A DNA stretch of 63,345 bases, counting the filler, from Craspedostauros australis (lineage: Eukaryota): NCBI GenBank assembly GCA_030167865.1. It is 20 parts of 20 records of this genome, joined end to end, with 100 filler letters (N's around TTAATTAATTAA, not from the genome) between each part and the next. Parts side by side here need not be neighbours in the genome. Positions count along the whole stretch, not along the records: positions 35,281 to 37,939 come from JALAGF010002388.1; positions 38,040 to 40,269 come from JALAGF010002389.1; positions 40,370 to 42,807 come from JALAGF010002390.1; positions 42,908 to 46,154 come from JALAGF010002391.1; positions 46,255 to 48,378 come from JALAGF010002392.1; 15 more parts are not named here. The stretch is one strand, 5' to 3'. Positions 36,416 to 47,558 of the stretch are shown here, piece by piece. Every line of letters begins with the position of its first letter. The first letter of the stretch is position 1. Position numbers and translations under genes: made by a program. The notes under the pieces are model-generated. The model had not been told where the DNA came from. It worked only from the letters and a program-made list of their open reading frames with translations, and made no database searches.

Positions 36416-37012
36416 AGAGACGGCGACTAAACAAGTAGAGCAGACCAGAGAAATTGGTTGTACACACAGGAACAATGCATCGCGCAGGAGACCCATTTTG
36501 CCTGTCGTGATTTTTGTTTGTGTGGTTGCCAATTCGAATGAATCCCGTTGGGTCTTCGATTTTTGACCTGAGGGAAATTATCTATATTACCATGGCTCCC
36601 AGTGCCGCACACACAGAGTTGTGCATTTCGTCCCCAGAAGACCATCGTCACAGACGTGGCGGAAATAGAACAATGCTGTGTGCATAGTACTTATCCTGGA
36701 AAGAGGAGGACAGCATGCGTGTTGCAATTGCGGCGTTGTTCTTCTCAATGTCATGGCTGCGCTGCTTCCCCACGACAGAATAATCGGAGGAAATTCACGA
36801 ACCAGCACCGTCCGGTACTTTTGTTAGTCGTGGATAAAATAGACAATTTTCCATTCGACTCAATAGACTACTATAGCACCAGTTTCGTGGGTTCATGTTT
36901 CAATTCTGTGGATACACATTTCCATATTGATTATAACGGTCAACTCAAACCTATAACGTTCAGAGAGCAGGACAGGCCAACCAACACGGAACGCTTGAGT
37001 GTCTTCCTGTCA

Positions 37013-37098
37013 CCGTTCTGAATCAAACCCCCCGTTCTGAATCAGACAGCTCATTCTGGATTCAGAATCAGAACTTCTGAAGTTCTGAATCCGTTCTG
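37013..37098. repeat. Cluster of direct/inverted TTCTGA(ATC) motifs, probable transposon subterminal repeats
   Basis: CCGTTCTGAATC x2, GATTCAGAATCAGAAC, TTCTGAAGTTCTGAATC, CCGTTCTGAC, located ~280 bp upstream of the second Harbinger-like ORF. Confidence 0.55.
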
Positions 37099-37377
37099 AC
37101 TCGATTATGTTGTCTGAATGCTCTTGCGGACGAGGGCCGGGTGGTTTACAAGATTGTCACCATTTTAAACATGACACATAACGTATATTAACGCCTTTCA
37201 AACACAACAAGTTGGTAACACAACAACCACTTCATTGCTATTTGTTGCCGAGCGCTCGCACGCACATCATCGATAGCTGCTCCATCGTCGCTGTCGCTGT
37301 CGCTGGTACTGTTGCTGTTGCTGCGCACTTGCAAGTCTTCACATATCATACCACGAGTACACCCTCTTCGATTCACA

Positions 37378-37939
37378 ATGGCTGATGTGATCACAGCTGA
37401 TCAAACGCTCCACATGGGGCTCATGGTGGTGAGCTCCTGCTATGGTGAATTCGACGGTAAGAGTATGATGGCCAAGACCAGCTGCTTCCGGTCGCATTTT
37501 GGTGTCGGGCCTGCAGCTGTCGCGGCTCTCTACTTTGACGTCCAATCACTCAACAAGGAACACGCGTTCGCGAGAATCTCTTTGCGCAGGCTGCTCATCA
37601 CTCTGTTCTGGATGAAGACGTACAGCACGGAGACCTTGATNNNNNNNNNNNNNNNNNNNNNNNNNNNNNNNNNNNNNNNNNNNTGCCTCGCATACGTGCA
37701 ATCGATTGCTGCGCTGCGACAGCACAAGGTAAGATAGTCCAGAAGCATCTACATATGCGAGAATGTCGTCAATCTCATCAAGTCACTGTGAACTCACCAT
37801 CTTCCAGATTCGTTGGACTCAAACCGTTGCTGAAAATGATCAAACTTTTATTGTCACTGTGGATGGTACACACTGCGAGATCAACGAGCCTCGAGATGAT
37901 CCAAGCTCCAAATGGTTTTCGCACAAATCACATGGTCCT
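37378..37939 (+). mobile_element. Second PIF/Harbinger-like transposase, 5' part, with intron 37729-37807
   Basis: FRSHFGVGP, LLITLFWMKTY, K|GTAAG...CAG|IRW, VTVDGTHC.INEP, WFSHKSHGP. Confidence 0.85.
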
Positions 37940-38039
37940 NNNNNNNNNNNNNNNNNNNNNNNNNNNNNNNNNNNNNNNNNNNNTTAATTAATTAANNNNN
38001 NNNNNNNNNNNNNNNNNNNNNNNNNNNNNNNNNNNNNNN

Positions 38040-38725
38040 TCGTCGGGCACGATGTCGGCCGAACCGCGACGTGCCCGGAGGACCGCCTGCGCCGACGCCG
38101 CCTGATGGTAAGACCGCTCGCGAGTGGACAGGTGCGTGCGATCCGACAGCACCATGGATTTGTAATCGGTGGGACCACGCTGCTGCTCAAAGTAGACGAG
38201 CTTGGCCAAGGTGCCGCCGACGTCCATGCCGAAGATGCTGCCGATGCAGAAGTTGGATTTGTCTTTGGCATGCACGTCGTCCCGCTGCGGTTGTGCGGCA
38301 TCGTCGCGTTCCTGCGTCGAGGACAGGGAGGACAGCGACGCTGTGGATTGGCTGCCGTGCATCGCATCGCCATCCCCGTTGACGCCCTGGAAGACGCTGT
38401 TGACCTTCTTGCGTATGGTCTCCCACGGCCAATGCGATCTGCGCGGCAGCTCTCCGATCCTGGACTTGATATCATCCACGCTCTTCATCCACCAGGTGGT
38501 GTTGTCGCCATCGCTGAGGACTTCCGCAGTGACTTCATCCTCCTCCGTCTGTCCGTGGCTGAGCTGCTCTTCGATCCCCTGACGGATTTTGCGCTGCAGC
38601 TGCGCACCGAACCAGGCCAGCGAGACCGTGGCTGCGCCTGCCGCAAAGGAGATGAGGCAGGGGATCAGGATGTTGCTCGCGCTGCCATTGCCGCCGCTGT
38701 AGCTGTCGCTGCTATCCTCAAAAGA
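38040..38725 (-). CDS. PANK: Type II pantothenate kinase (fumble family), N-terminal part with predicted TM segment
   Basis: FGMDVGGTLAKLVYFE motif. The frame is open up to 38725 and includes ILIPCLISFAAGAATVSLAWF. No in-frame ATG precedes this segment. Confidence 0.8.
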
Positions 38726-38764
38726 CTGTCAATATGCATAGTAGTTATCTATGCATATTGACAG
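38726..38764. repeat. Perfect 16-bp inverted repeat (39-nt hairpin) abutting the PanK frame
   Basis: CTGTCAATATGCATAG-TAGTTAT-CTATGCATATTGACAG. An identical copy is at 41056-41094. Confidence 0.95.
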
Positions 38765-39931
38765 CTGCCATCCTTCCTTACACTCCCAAACCCATCAAGA
38801 GCGATCAGATGCGTTGGCTGATCTGCAATGGCGTACTCGAATACTCCCCGATCTCGAACAGCTCTTCCACGGCACACACTCTTGATGATATCCATTTGTG
38901 ATCCAATGGCCGCCCCCGAGTGTCGCGATGGCGGTGATGACGGCGATGATGACGGCGATGATGGCGACGATGGTGATGGCCACGTCTCTCGTGGTTGTGT
39001 TGAGTGATGTCAATGGATCGTGGATTTGGACAACGTGGATTGATCTTGCTTACGGGACTGAACAAAAAGATATCATTCGTGATTGACGAAACGTTTGTGT
39101 TTGTGGTCAGTCTGCGGACGACCTGCAGACCGCGTTCAATCCAATTGCGATAGGTAAGACCCAGGTGAGCGAGTCGACCAATCGTTTGAAATGGACATTC
39201 CAACTGTTGATCTGAGACACTGTATCCAAAGCAAGCACATATTTGTGATCCTTAGAACCTCTCTATAGCTCATTATCCGTTACAGTTGTAAGATAGGTCC
39301 AATATTAAGTATTATGGATCCATCTATGCAAACATAGCAGTCACATGCTGTACATCACACATCCGCCCACAAATTCCCAGCAGCGAAGTGCCACAGAACT
39401 CCCACCACGAACAAAAGTGCAACTAAACCTGAGAGGGAGAGAGAGTGCTCTCGTTTTGTTGATGTGATCTCACACACGCTGCACGGAAGTGCTTCGTCGT
39501 CCACAACCCCAAGGAAGGAGCCAACGAGGGAAGTGGCTGTAAACAACACAAGACATTCTGCGCGTNGGTGATCTCTCATCATATCGCCAGCAGGAGCAGA
39601 CGGGTGAAACTGCTCTTCCTTTTCCGGCTCATAGTATAGATCGTCCAAGTACTTCGCAGCCACCTTCACTCCCCCGCGAAGCGCGCATGCATCCACCGCT
39701 GCCTACCGTTCACGCACCAGGGCTATCTTCCACATCCGACCCAAGTAAGTGATGCTTGCCGCTTGCTCCCGCAGTTGATTCACTTGTTGGCTGGCTGCGC
39801 CTTGGGATGGTTCCGACAGACAGACATACAGAGCAAGGAATGATCCATCATCGTCAAGGCTAACACCGATGTCTCGCTTCACGCATTCGCTCACTCCATG
39901 CAAACACAACGCCATTAGGTACTGCGCAAGA

Positions 39932-40269
39932 ATGTCAGATCCCCCCCAAGCTCCGCACGATGCAGGTCAGAAAGGAGATCTTGAGACGACCCACCCCATC
40001 TTCAAAGCAGACCAACCGAAGCATCCTGTCGATGTCGCTATACGGGATATGTGTGGAAGAACATCGCTAGCGAGAGCCTGCTACAGCGGAGACATTGATG
40101 CGGTCAAACGTCACATCGAAGTGAGCCCATTGCCAGTCAACGGTAACCTGACAGACAACGACGGGAACACGCTGCTGCATGCTGCTTGCTGTCGCGGCGA
40201 TGTCAGCATCGTGGCATACTTGGCCGAATCGCCTCAAGTTCATGTCGATGCCAACACAAGAAACAACGG
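39932..40269 (+). CDS. Ankyrin-repeat protein, 5' part
   Basis: GRTSLARACYSGDIDAVK and DNDGNTLLHAACCRGDVSIVAYL ankyrin consensus. Confidence 0.88.
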
Positions 40270-40369
40270 NNNNNNNNNNNNNNNNNNNNNNNNNNNNNNN
40301 NNNNNNNNNNNNNTTAATTAATTAANNNNNNNNNNNNNNNNNNNNNNNNNNNNNNNNNNNNNNNNNNNN

Positions 40370-41055
40370 TCGTCGGGCACGATGTCGGCCGAACCGCGAC
40401 GTGCCCGGAGGACCGCCTGCGCCGACGCCGCCTGATGGTAAGACCGCTCGCGAGTGGACAGGTGCGTGCGATCCGACAGCACCATGGATTTGTAATCGGT
40501 GGGACCACGCTGCTGCTCAAAGTAGACGAGCTTGGCCAAGGTGCCGCCGACGTCCATGCCGAAGATGCTGCCGATGCAGAAGTTGGATTTGTCTTTGGCA
40601 TGCACGTCGTCCCGCTGCGGTTGTGCGGCATCGTCGCGTTCCTGCGTCGAGGACAGGGAGGACAGCGACGCTGTGGATTGGCTGCCGTGCATCGCATCGC
40701 CATCCCCGTTGACGCCCTGGAAGACGCTGTTGACCTTCTTGCGTATGGTCTCCCACGGCCAATGCGATCTGCGCGGCAGCTCTCCGATCCTGGACTTGAT
40801 ATCATCCACGCTCTTCATCCACCAGGTGGTGTTGTCGCCATCGCTGAGGACTTCCGCAGTGACTTCATCCTCCTCCGTCTGTCCGTGGCTGAGCTGCTCT
40901 TCGATCCCCTGACGGATTTTGCGCTGCAGCTGCGCACCGAACCAGGCCAGCGAGACCGTGGCTGCGCCTGCCGCAAAGGAGATGAGGCAGGGGATCAGGA
41001 TGTTGCTCGCGCTGCCATTGCTGCCGCTGTAGCTGTCGCTGCTATCCTCAAAAGA
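40370..41055 (-). CDS. PANK: Pantothenate kinase N-terminal part, second (allelic/duplicate) copy
   Basis: Near-identical to 38040-38725. Confidence 0.8.
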
Positions 41056-42469
41056 CTGTCAATATGCATAGTAGTTATCTATGCATATTGACAGCTGCCA
41101 TCCTTCCTTGCACTCCCAAACCCATCAAGAGCGATCAGATGCGTTGGCTGATCTGCAATGGCGTGCTCGAATACCCCCCGATCTCGAACAGCTCTTCCAC
41201 GGCACACACTCTTGATGATATCCATTTGTGATCCAATGGCCACCCCCGAGTGTCGCGATGGCGGCGATGACGGTGATGATGGCGACGATGGTGATGGCCA
41301 CGTCTCTCGTGGATGTGTTGAGTGATGTCAACAGACCATGGATTTGTGACAACGTGGGTTGATCTTGCTTACGGGACTGAACAAGAAGATATCATTCGTG
41401 ATTGACGAAACGTTTGTGTTTGTGGTCAGTCCGCGGACGACCTGCAGACCGCATTCAATCCAATTGCGATAGGTAAGACCCAGGTGAGCGAGTCGACCAA
41501 TCGTTTGAAATGGACATTCCAACTGTTGATCTGAGATACTGTATCCAAAGCAAGCACATATTTGTGATCCTTAGAACCTCCCTATAGCTCATTATCCGTT
41601 ATAGTTGTAAGATAGGTCCAATATTAAGTATTATGGATCGATCTATGCCAACATAGCAGTCACGTGGATCCAACATCACAAAACCCGCTGTTTCATGCCG
41701 AAGGTTCGATGATGTTCTTATGGATTTATCGTCAGGTGATCAGTCACGGAAGCGCTTCTGGAGGTGTCGTTCGTTTGGGACTCGTTAATTACACGGTAGC
41801 TTGTGTCACATGTTTCGACATTCTGCGCGCTCCAACAACACACAAATCGTTGCCAAATGTCATACACCACACCCACCCATCCAACATCGCCGCCACGCAT
41901 CCACAAATTCCCAGTAGCGAAATGCCACAGAACTCCCACCACGAACAAAAGTGCAACTAAACCTGAGAGAGAGAGAGAGAGAGTGCTCTCGTTTTGTTGA
42001 TGTGATCGTACACACGCTGCACGGAAGTGCTTCGTCGTCCACAACCCCAAGGAAGGAGCCAACGAGGGAAGTGGCTGTAAACAACACAAGACATTCTGCG
42101 CGTTGGTGATCTCTCATCATATCGCCAGCAGGAGCAGACGGGTGAAACTGCTCTTCCTTTTCCGGCTCATAGTATAGATCGTCCAAGTACTTCGCAGCCA
42201 CCTTCACTCCCCCGCGAAGCGCGCATGCATCCACCGCTGCCTACCGTTCACGCACCAGGGCTATCTTCCACATCCGACCCAAGTAAGTGATGCTTGCCGC
42301 TTGCTCCCGCAGTTGATTCACTTGTTGGCTGGCTGCGCCTTGGGATGGTTCCGACAGACAGACATACAGAGCAAGGAATGATCCATCATCGTCAAGGCTA
42401 ACACCGATGTCTCGCTTCACGCATTCGCTCACTCCATGCAAACACAACGCCATTAGGTACTGCGCAAGA

Positions 42470-42807
42470 ATGTCAGATCCCCCCCAAGCTCCGCACGATG
42501 CAGGTCAGAAAGGAGATCTTGAGACGACCCACCCCATCTTCAAAGCAGACCAACCGAAGCATCCTGTCGATGTCGCTATACGGGATATGTGTGGAAGAAC
42601 ATCGCTAGCGAGAGCCTGCTACAGCGGAGACATTGATGCGGTCAAACGTCACATCGAAGTGAGCCCATTGCCAGTCAACGGTAACCTGACAGACAACGAC
42701 GGGAACACGCTGCTGCATGCTGCTTGCTGTCGCGGCGATGTCAGCATCGTGGCATACTTGGCCGAATCGCCTCAAGTTCATGTCGATGCCAACACAAGAA
42801 ACAACGG
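42470..42807 (+). CDS. Ankyrin-repeat protein 5' part, second copy
   Basis: Identical translation to 39932-40269. Confidence 0.88.
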
Positions 42808-42907
42808 NNNNNNNNNNNNNNNNNNNNNNNNNNNNNNNNNNNNNNNNNNNNTTAATTAATTAANNNNNNNNNNNNNNNNNNNNNNNNNNNNNNNNNNNNN
42901 NNNNNNN

Positions 42908-45266
42908 TGGAGGCACCGGTGTCCCACACTACATCGAAGGAGCCACCGCTTGGGATGACCTCTTCTACCTTGTGAGGCGCGGCGAAGGCATGTTTACAAC
43001 CGAGGATGGCCGTGAGGGTGTAATAGGCGTTGGCAAGTACGTTGGCGCTTGCGTGTTCACTTGGTCGTGCTTCGTTGCGTTTGTTGGGTGGACAAGCGGG
43101 ACTGGGCGTATGCTTCGCGCGACAGGAGTTTTGGCTTGTACCTCTGCATCGGCGAACCCGTCGGGTTTTGTTTCGGTGGTTCGCACGTGGAGCGTCGAAT
43201 TTTGCGATGGTGGTGCGTTTGTCGTGGAGGAAGTGTTTGAAGTCGTCGTTGCCAAACATAGAGTCGTACAGACTGTTTGCTGGCATGGCTGGATGGTGGT
43301 AGAAGTGTTGGTGTGTTTTAAAACGCTTTCGTTGTTTCTTCTTCCAGACGTTGGTTGCATGGCTTGTTCGGGTCGAGGTGGGTTGGTAATGGCGTGGAAC
43401 ACTGGTGTGGAGGGCGAATAGCACAATGGCTGTTGTCATCCACATCATGGTGCTCATCACGTACCAGCCACACTCGATACCGAGCACGGCGATTTGTACT
43501 GAACAGAGGGCGAGGAAGGATCCGGTCACGATGTTGACGGTGTCGAAGGAGGTGAAGGCATCCCATACGGCTGTCCACCAGGCATGTTCGCTGACGCGTG
43601 CTTCCACGGACAGGCAGGTCCAGGCAGCATGGTCGATCTCGAGCTGTGTACCCTTGGGCTTTCGCTGGAAGTCGTCGATGTGGCTGGCTGTGCCGTGGGA
43701 GATGCGCCAGTGGCGGCACTTTGCACACCAGTGGAAGGTCTTGTCGTTCATGAGCTTCTGTTGTGGCTCACCTTTCCTTGGGGGCGTAGTGATCCAGGGG
43801 TCCTTCTTTGGTTGTGCTCTCTTTGTGGTTGATTTGTTCTTGGCACCCTGTCGCTTTCCTCCTTTGTGCTGCTCCAGAAGACGGGCTTCCTTCGTAGTCG
43901 AGGTGTGGTTTGCGTGCATGCGAGGAGTGTTTCGATCACGAGAGTGCCTGTTGGCGTGCCAGGAGTTTCCTTGCAGCTCGTCGAGATAGGCATCCTCAGC
44001 TACGCTGCAGATGTCCATCCAGGTGAGGTCCTCACGGAGCAGGTGGGGCTCCGCTCGCTCGTAGGTCTTGAGGGACTTGTCTTCGATCAGTCGTCGGAGT
44101 CGATCGCTGATGTCGAGGATTCGGTGACGGTATCGTTCTCCTGACGTGGTTCTTCCTCCTGCCATGAAAAAGTTGTCTGCCATGGTACGGAGAAGCGAGA
44201 TCTCGAACTGGTCGGCATCTTGAAGTTCCTTGCACATGATGCAAAGAGCGTCAGCCATGGCTTGGATGTTCTCTCCCTGGAACTTTTGGGGCGTGGTCTT
44301 TCTGACCTTCTCTTGTAGCCGTGCGTACTTGTCCAGCGAGCTCGAGGTGATACTCTTGATGAGTTTGGTGAAGATCACGTTGAAGTCTTGTTGATACTTC
44401 GGCTTGATGCGGTTCATCAGGCGGTCTTCGAGGTCGGGGTCAAGGCTGTCGCGGAGGAATCGAGCGGCAGATGCGTTGTTCTGCTTGTCGTATCGATCCC
44501 ACAAGTGGCGATAGACGTCATGGTGGTCAGTGGCTTGGCTGATGGTGGTGCTGCCGGGGGCATCGAGGACGCACACCATCTCATCGGGGTGTTCGTTGCT
44601 CCTCATGTAGGTCATCGAGATGAGGCCTGCGGTGGACATGTGGTCCTTGAGGAGGTGCAGCATGCGCTGGCGGTTGTCTCCAATCCGGAAACGAGGGCGA
44701 ATGCCTTTCTCTCGCTCCGGTTGGTTCTTGGAGTCCGAGCCGTTGTGGAGGACGCGCTGCTGCTGGGAGCTGTCGTAGGACGTGGCTGCGTCTTCTGCAA
44801 GGCCTGTCCATTCGACGTTCGGTTTCCCTCCCGTCCAGGGCACCCAGTGACGGCCAGCCTTGGTGAGACCACCCATGATGGGTTTCTCTGGCTTGTCTTC
44901 GCTCTCGTACGCCACGTACGTGGTTTCGGGTCCGATGGGGTCTTCGTCGGTGTCAAAAGGGGAGCCACCTCCAGTGGATCCAGCTTGGTTTCCGGCGTTT
45001 CCTTCGCGTCTTGCGGTTCCCTCGGTTTCACCGAGATTCGGTGGGTCGCTGGCATCCCCGGTGTTGCCTTGGGCGATGCCGCCCTCTTCTTGCCCGGTGG
45101 CCGTTTGGCCCCCTTGCTGGGCTGGGATGGGGTTAGCGCCTCGCGAGACTCGGGATTCGTTGAGTTCACGAAGGGCTTGCGCGGCTTGTTGGTTGAGCCG
45201 TTCCACGAAGGCCTCCAGCCTGCGTTCTTCGCTGCTGATGCTCGTGTCTTCTCCATGATCGCTCAT
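42908..45266 (-). mobile_element. Diatom-type Ty1/copia (CoDi-like) gag-pol, gag to protease, intact frame
   Basis: WTGGKP, YD..N..SA..FL..SLD, F.GENI, W...PP..GEP..K..N.K.FHWC.KC..W..SH zinc motif, and protease FDVVWDTGAS at the contig edge. Confidence 0.85.
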
Positions 45267-45684
45267 GGTGAGGCGGTGGAGGTGTCGAAGTCGTTGGGCT
45301 TCGCTTGATGTTGACGGTTGTCTCGGGCTTCGCTGCTCTTCCTCCCTTCGTTGGCGAAGGTGTGCATGGAGGTATTGGCAGGGGGTGCTGTGGAGACGGA
45401 CACCTGGTCTGCAGGTGTTGTTGGGGTGCGCTTGCTTAGCAAGGGCTTGGTTTGATGAGTTGCCTTCGGGCTAACTTCATGGATTGCTTATCAGGTTCGT
45501 TGGTCCTGAGAGGCTTGGGCTCGGTGTCGTTGGACACAGCGATCTGCGCGCTGAGGAAGTCTCTTGGAGGGTGAGGAAGGTGGATGTAGTTGATTGCAGA
45601 TCGCAGCTACCAGTTGGTATTCCGTGTCTTTCGCACGTTATCAGGAGGATGGTCTGTCCTTCAACCGGTTTTGACGCCGTTTGA

Positions 45685-46154
45685 TGTTGAGGACAAAGCT
45701 GTATCAGATGATGATGTAACTGTAGTAGACTCGGGAGTAAGCTGTGAAGATTATTTCTGATTGCTTGTTTTATGTGTTAAGCTTACTGTTGATAAGACGA
45801 TCGAGTAAAAAGGTGGGGTTCATGCTGTCATGCTTCAGCCGTTCTTTGTTGCGCAGCAGCATGCTGTGGTGGTTCTGCACACATACAGTCGTCCAGTATC
45901 ATCACCCATAGAGCAGCAGCTGATCCATTCACATGGATATGCTTCAAGATAGGTGCATGTTCGGCAGGATGACGAGCTGGACAGGTGGCAGGGGTGCATG
46001 AGCTGGAGGGCGAGCAAAGCGTGGATTGTGGTTCAACTACACTTCGCGTGTGCGGTAGCCTTTCATCACAGTATCGGTTTTGGATACCGAATACCGTGTG
46101 CGCGGAATGGACAGTCAAGTCCCGGGTCAGTCCCGGAGGTAGTCTGTCCCAACT
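45685..46154 (-). mobile_element. Probable 5' LTR (partial) of the CoDi-like element
   Basis: Upstream of gag. The minus strand has a candidate LTR end ..TCAACA at 45685 (alternative at ~45787). No second LTR is available to confirm. Confidence 0.35.
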
Positions 46155-46254
46155 NNNNNNNNNNNNNNNNNNNNNNNNNNNNNNNNNNNNNNNNNNNNTT
46201 AATTAATTAANNNNNNNNNNNNNNNNNNNNNNNNNNNNNNNNNNNNNNNNNNNN

Positions 46255-47558
46255 AACCTGAGCCGCTGGGCGTGGAATTCAAGACCGTCGCCGATGGAGA
46301 GACAGGGATCATGCTGTTCTTGGAGATCCAACGGGGCATGGAGGGCATGGAGGGTGCGGCCTTCCTTGACAGGGTGAAGGGCAAGAACGCCACGTGCACT
46401 CTTCGCATGGCAGCAGCAACCAACGTCTGCACCGATCCTTCCAAATCTCCGAATGATCCGCAGTTCAACCAGGGCAAGAGCATCTTCCTGGGAGACTCGT
46501 GGTTCGCGTCTGTGGAGGCCACCAAGGCGCTTGAAACAGAGCTGGGTGCGAAGTTCATCGGCATCGTGAAGACNNNNNNNNNNNNNNNNNNNNNNNNNNN
46601 NNNNNNNNNNNNNNNNNNNNNGTGGCCATCCGGAAGCCAGCTGCTGATGGAAAGCGAGTGCGGCGGCCACAAGTACTACGCACTGGGGTACAAGTACTGC
46701 AAGGCCAAGGCACTCTGTTTCGTCTTTTCCGCGGGAGCTGGGCATGCAGGCCGCGGGGCGCCGTATTTGTCGAAGTGGATCTCGGACGATGGGCGCCCCA
46801 TGACGAAGAAAGTGGATCGGCCGAGTGTCGCTTCGAAGTACTTCGAAAGCTGCAACAAGGTCGACGTCCACAACCAGGCTCGACAGGACATCCTCGGTCT
46901 GGAGAGAACTTGGCCCACACGCGACGGATACTTCAGGCCTGTCACGACTCTCTTTGGGATAACCGTTGTGGATGCATGGAGGGCATACCGATGCCACTTG
47001 GCAGGCAAGCATCGACACAAGAATGTGCCTCTCATAGATTTCGTGAACATGATGGTCAAGGACATGCTCCACAACAACGAAGCCCCTGATCCACCAAGCT
47101 CATTTGCCAGGATGAGAAGCGACCAGCCATCGGAAGTGCAATGTGGTGGCAATGGTGGCTCCTTGTCTTCGTTGACAACCGACAGTCCGGCCCATGCGAC
47201 AACACAGGTGGCCCGTGCGACGACACAGGTGGCCGAGTGGCCCCGAGCAGACTTGATCGATGGCCACCACTTGGTAAGGCACCCAGATAGAGTCCGGAAT
47301 GGGAAGATTGACCATACGAAGCAGGGGATCGCCAGGTTCATGATGAGAGGGAAACGGGGCAGATGCTGTGTGTGCACAAACTCGTCAAGGTACCATTGCC
47401 TGAACTGTCGAACGGGGTCTCCAGGCCAAACTGTTTGGTGCTGCGAAATGAAGGAGTACGACGGAATATTTCGACGATGTTTCGAAATCCATGCAGAGAA
47501 ACACGCAGGATCAAGGTCGCGTAGTTCCACACACCCAGACACCATGACAGATAGTTAA
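46255..47558 (+). mobile_element. piggyBac-like transposase (DDE_Tnp_1_7) with C-terminal Cys-rich domain, 5' partial
   Basis: PEPLGVEFK..AD, GDSWFASV, FIGIVKT, RP.V...YF....VDVHNQ.RQ, and C-terminal CCVC..YHC..C..WCC..CF..H. Confidence 0.9.
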
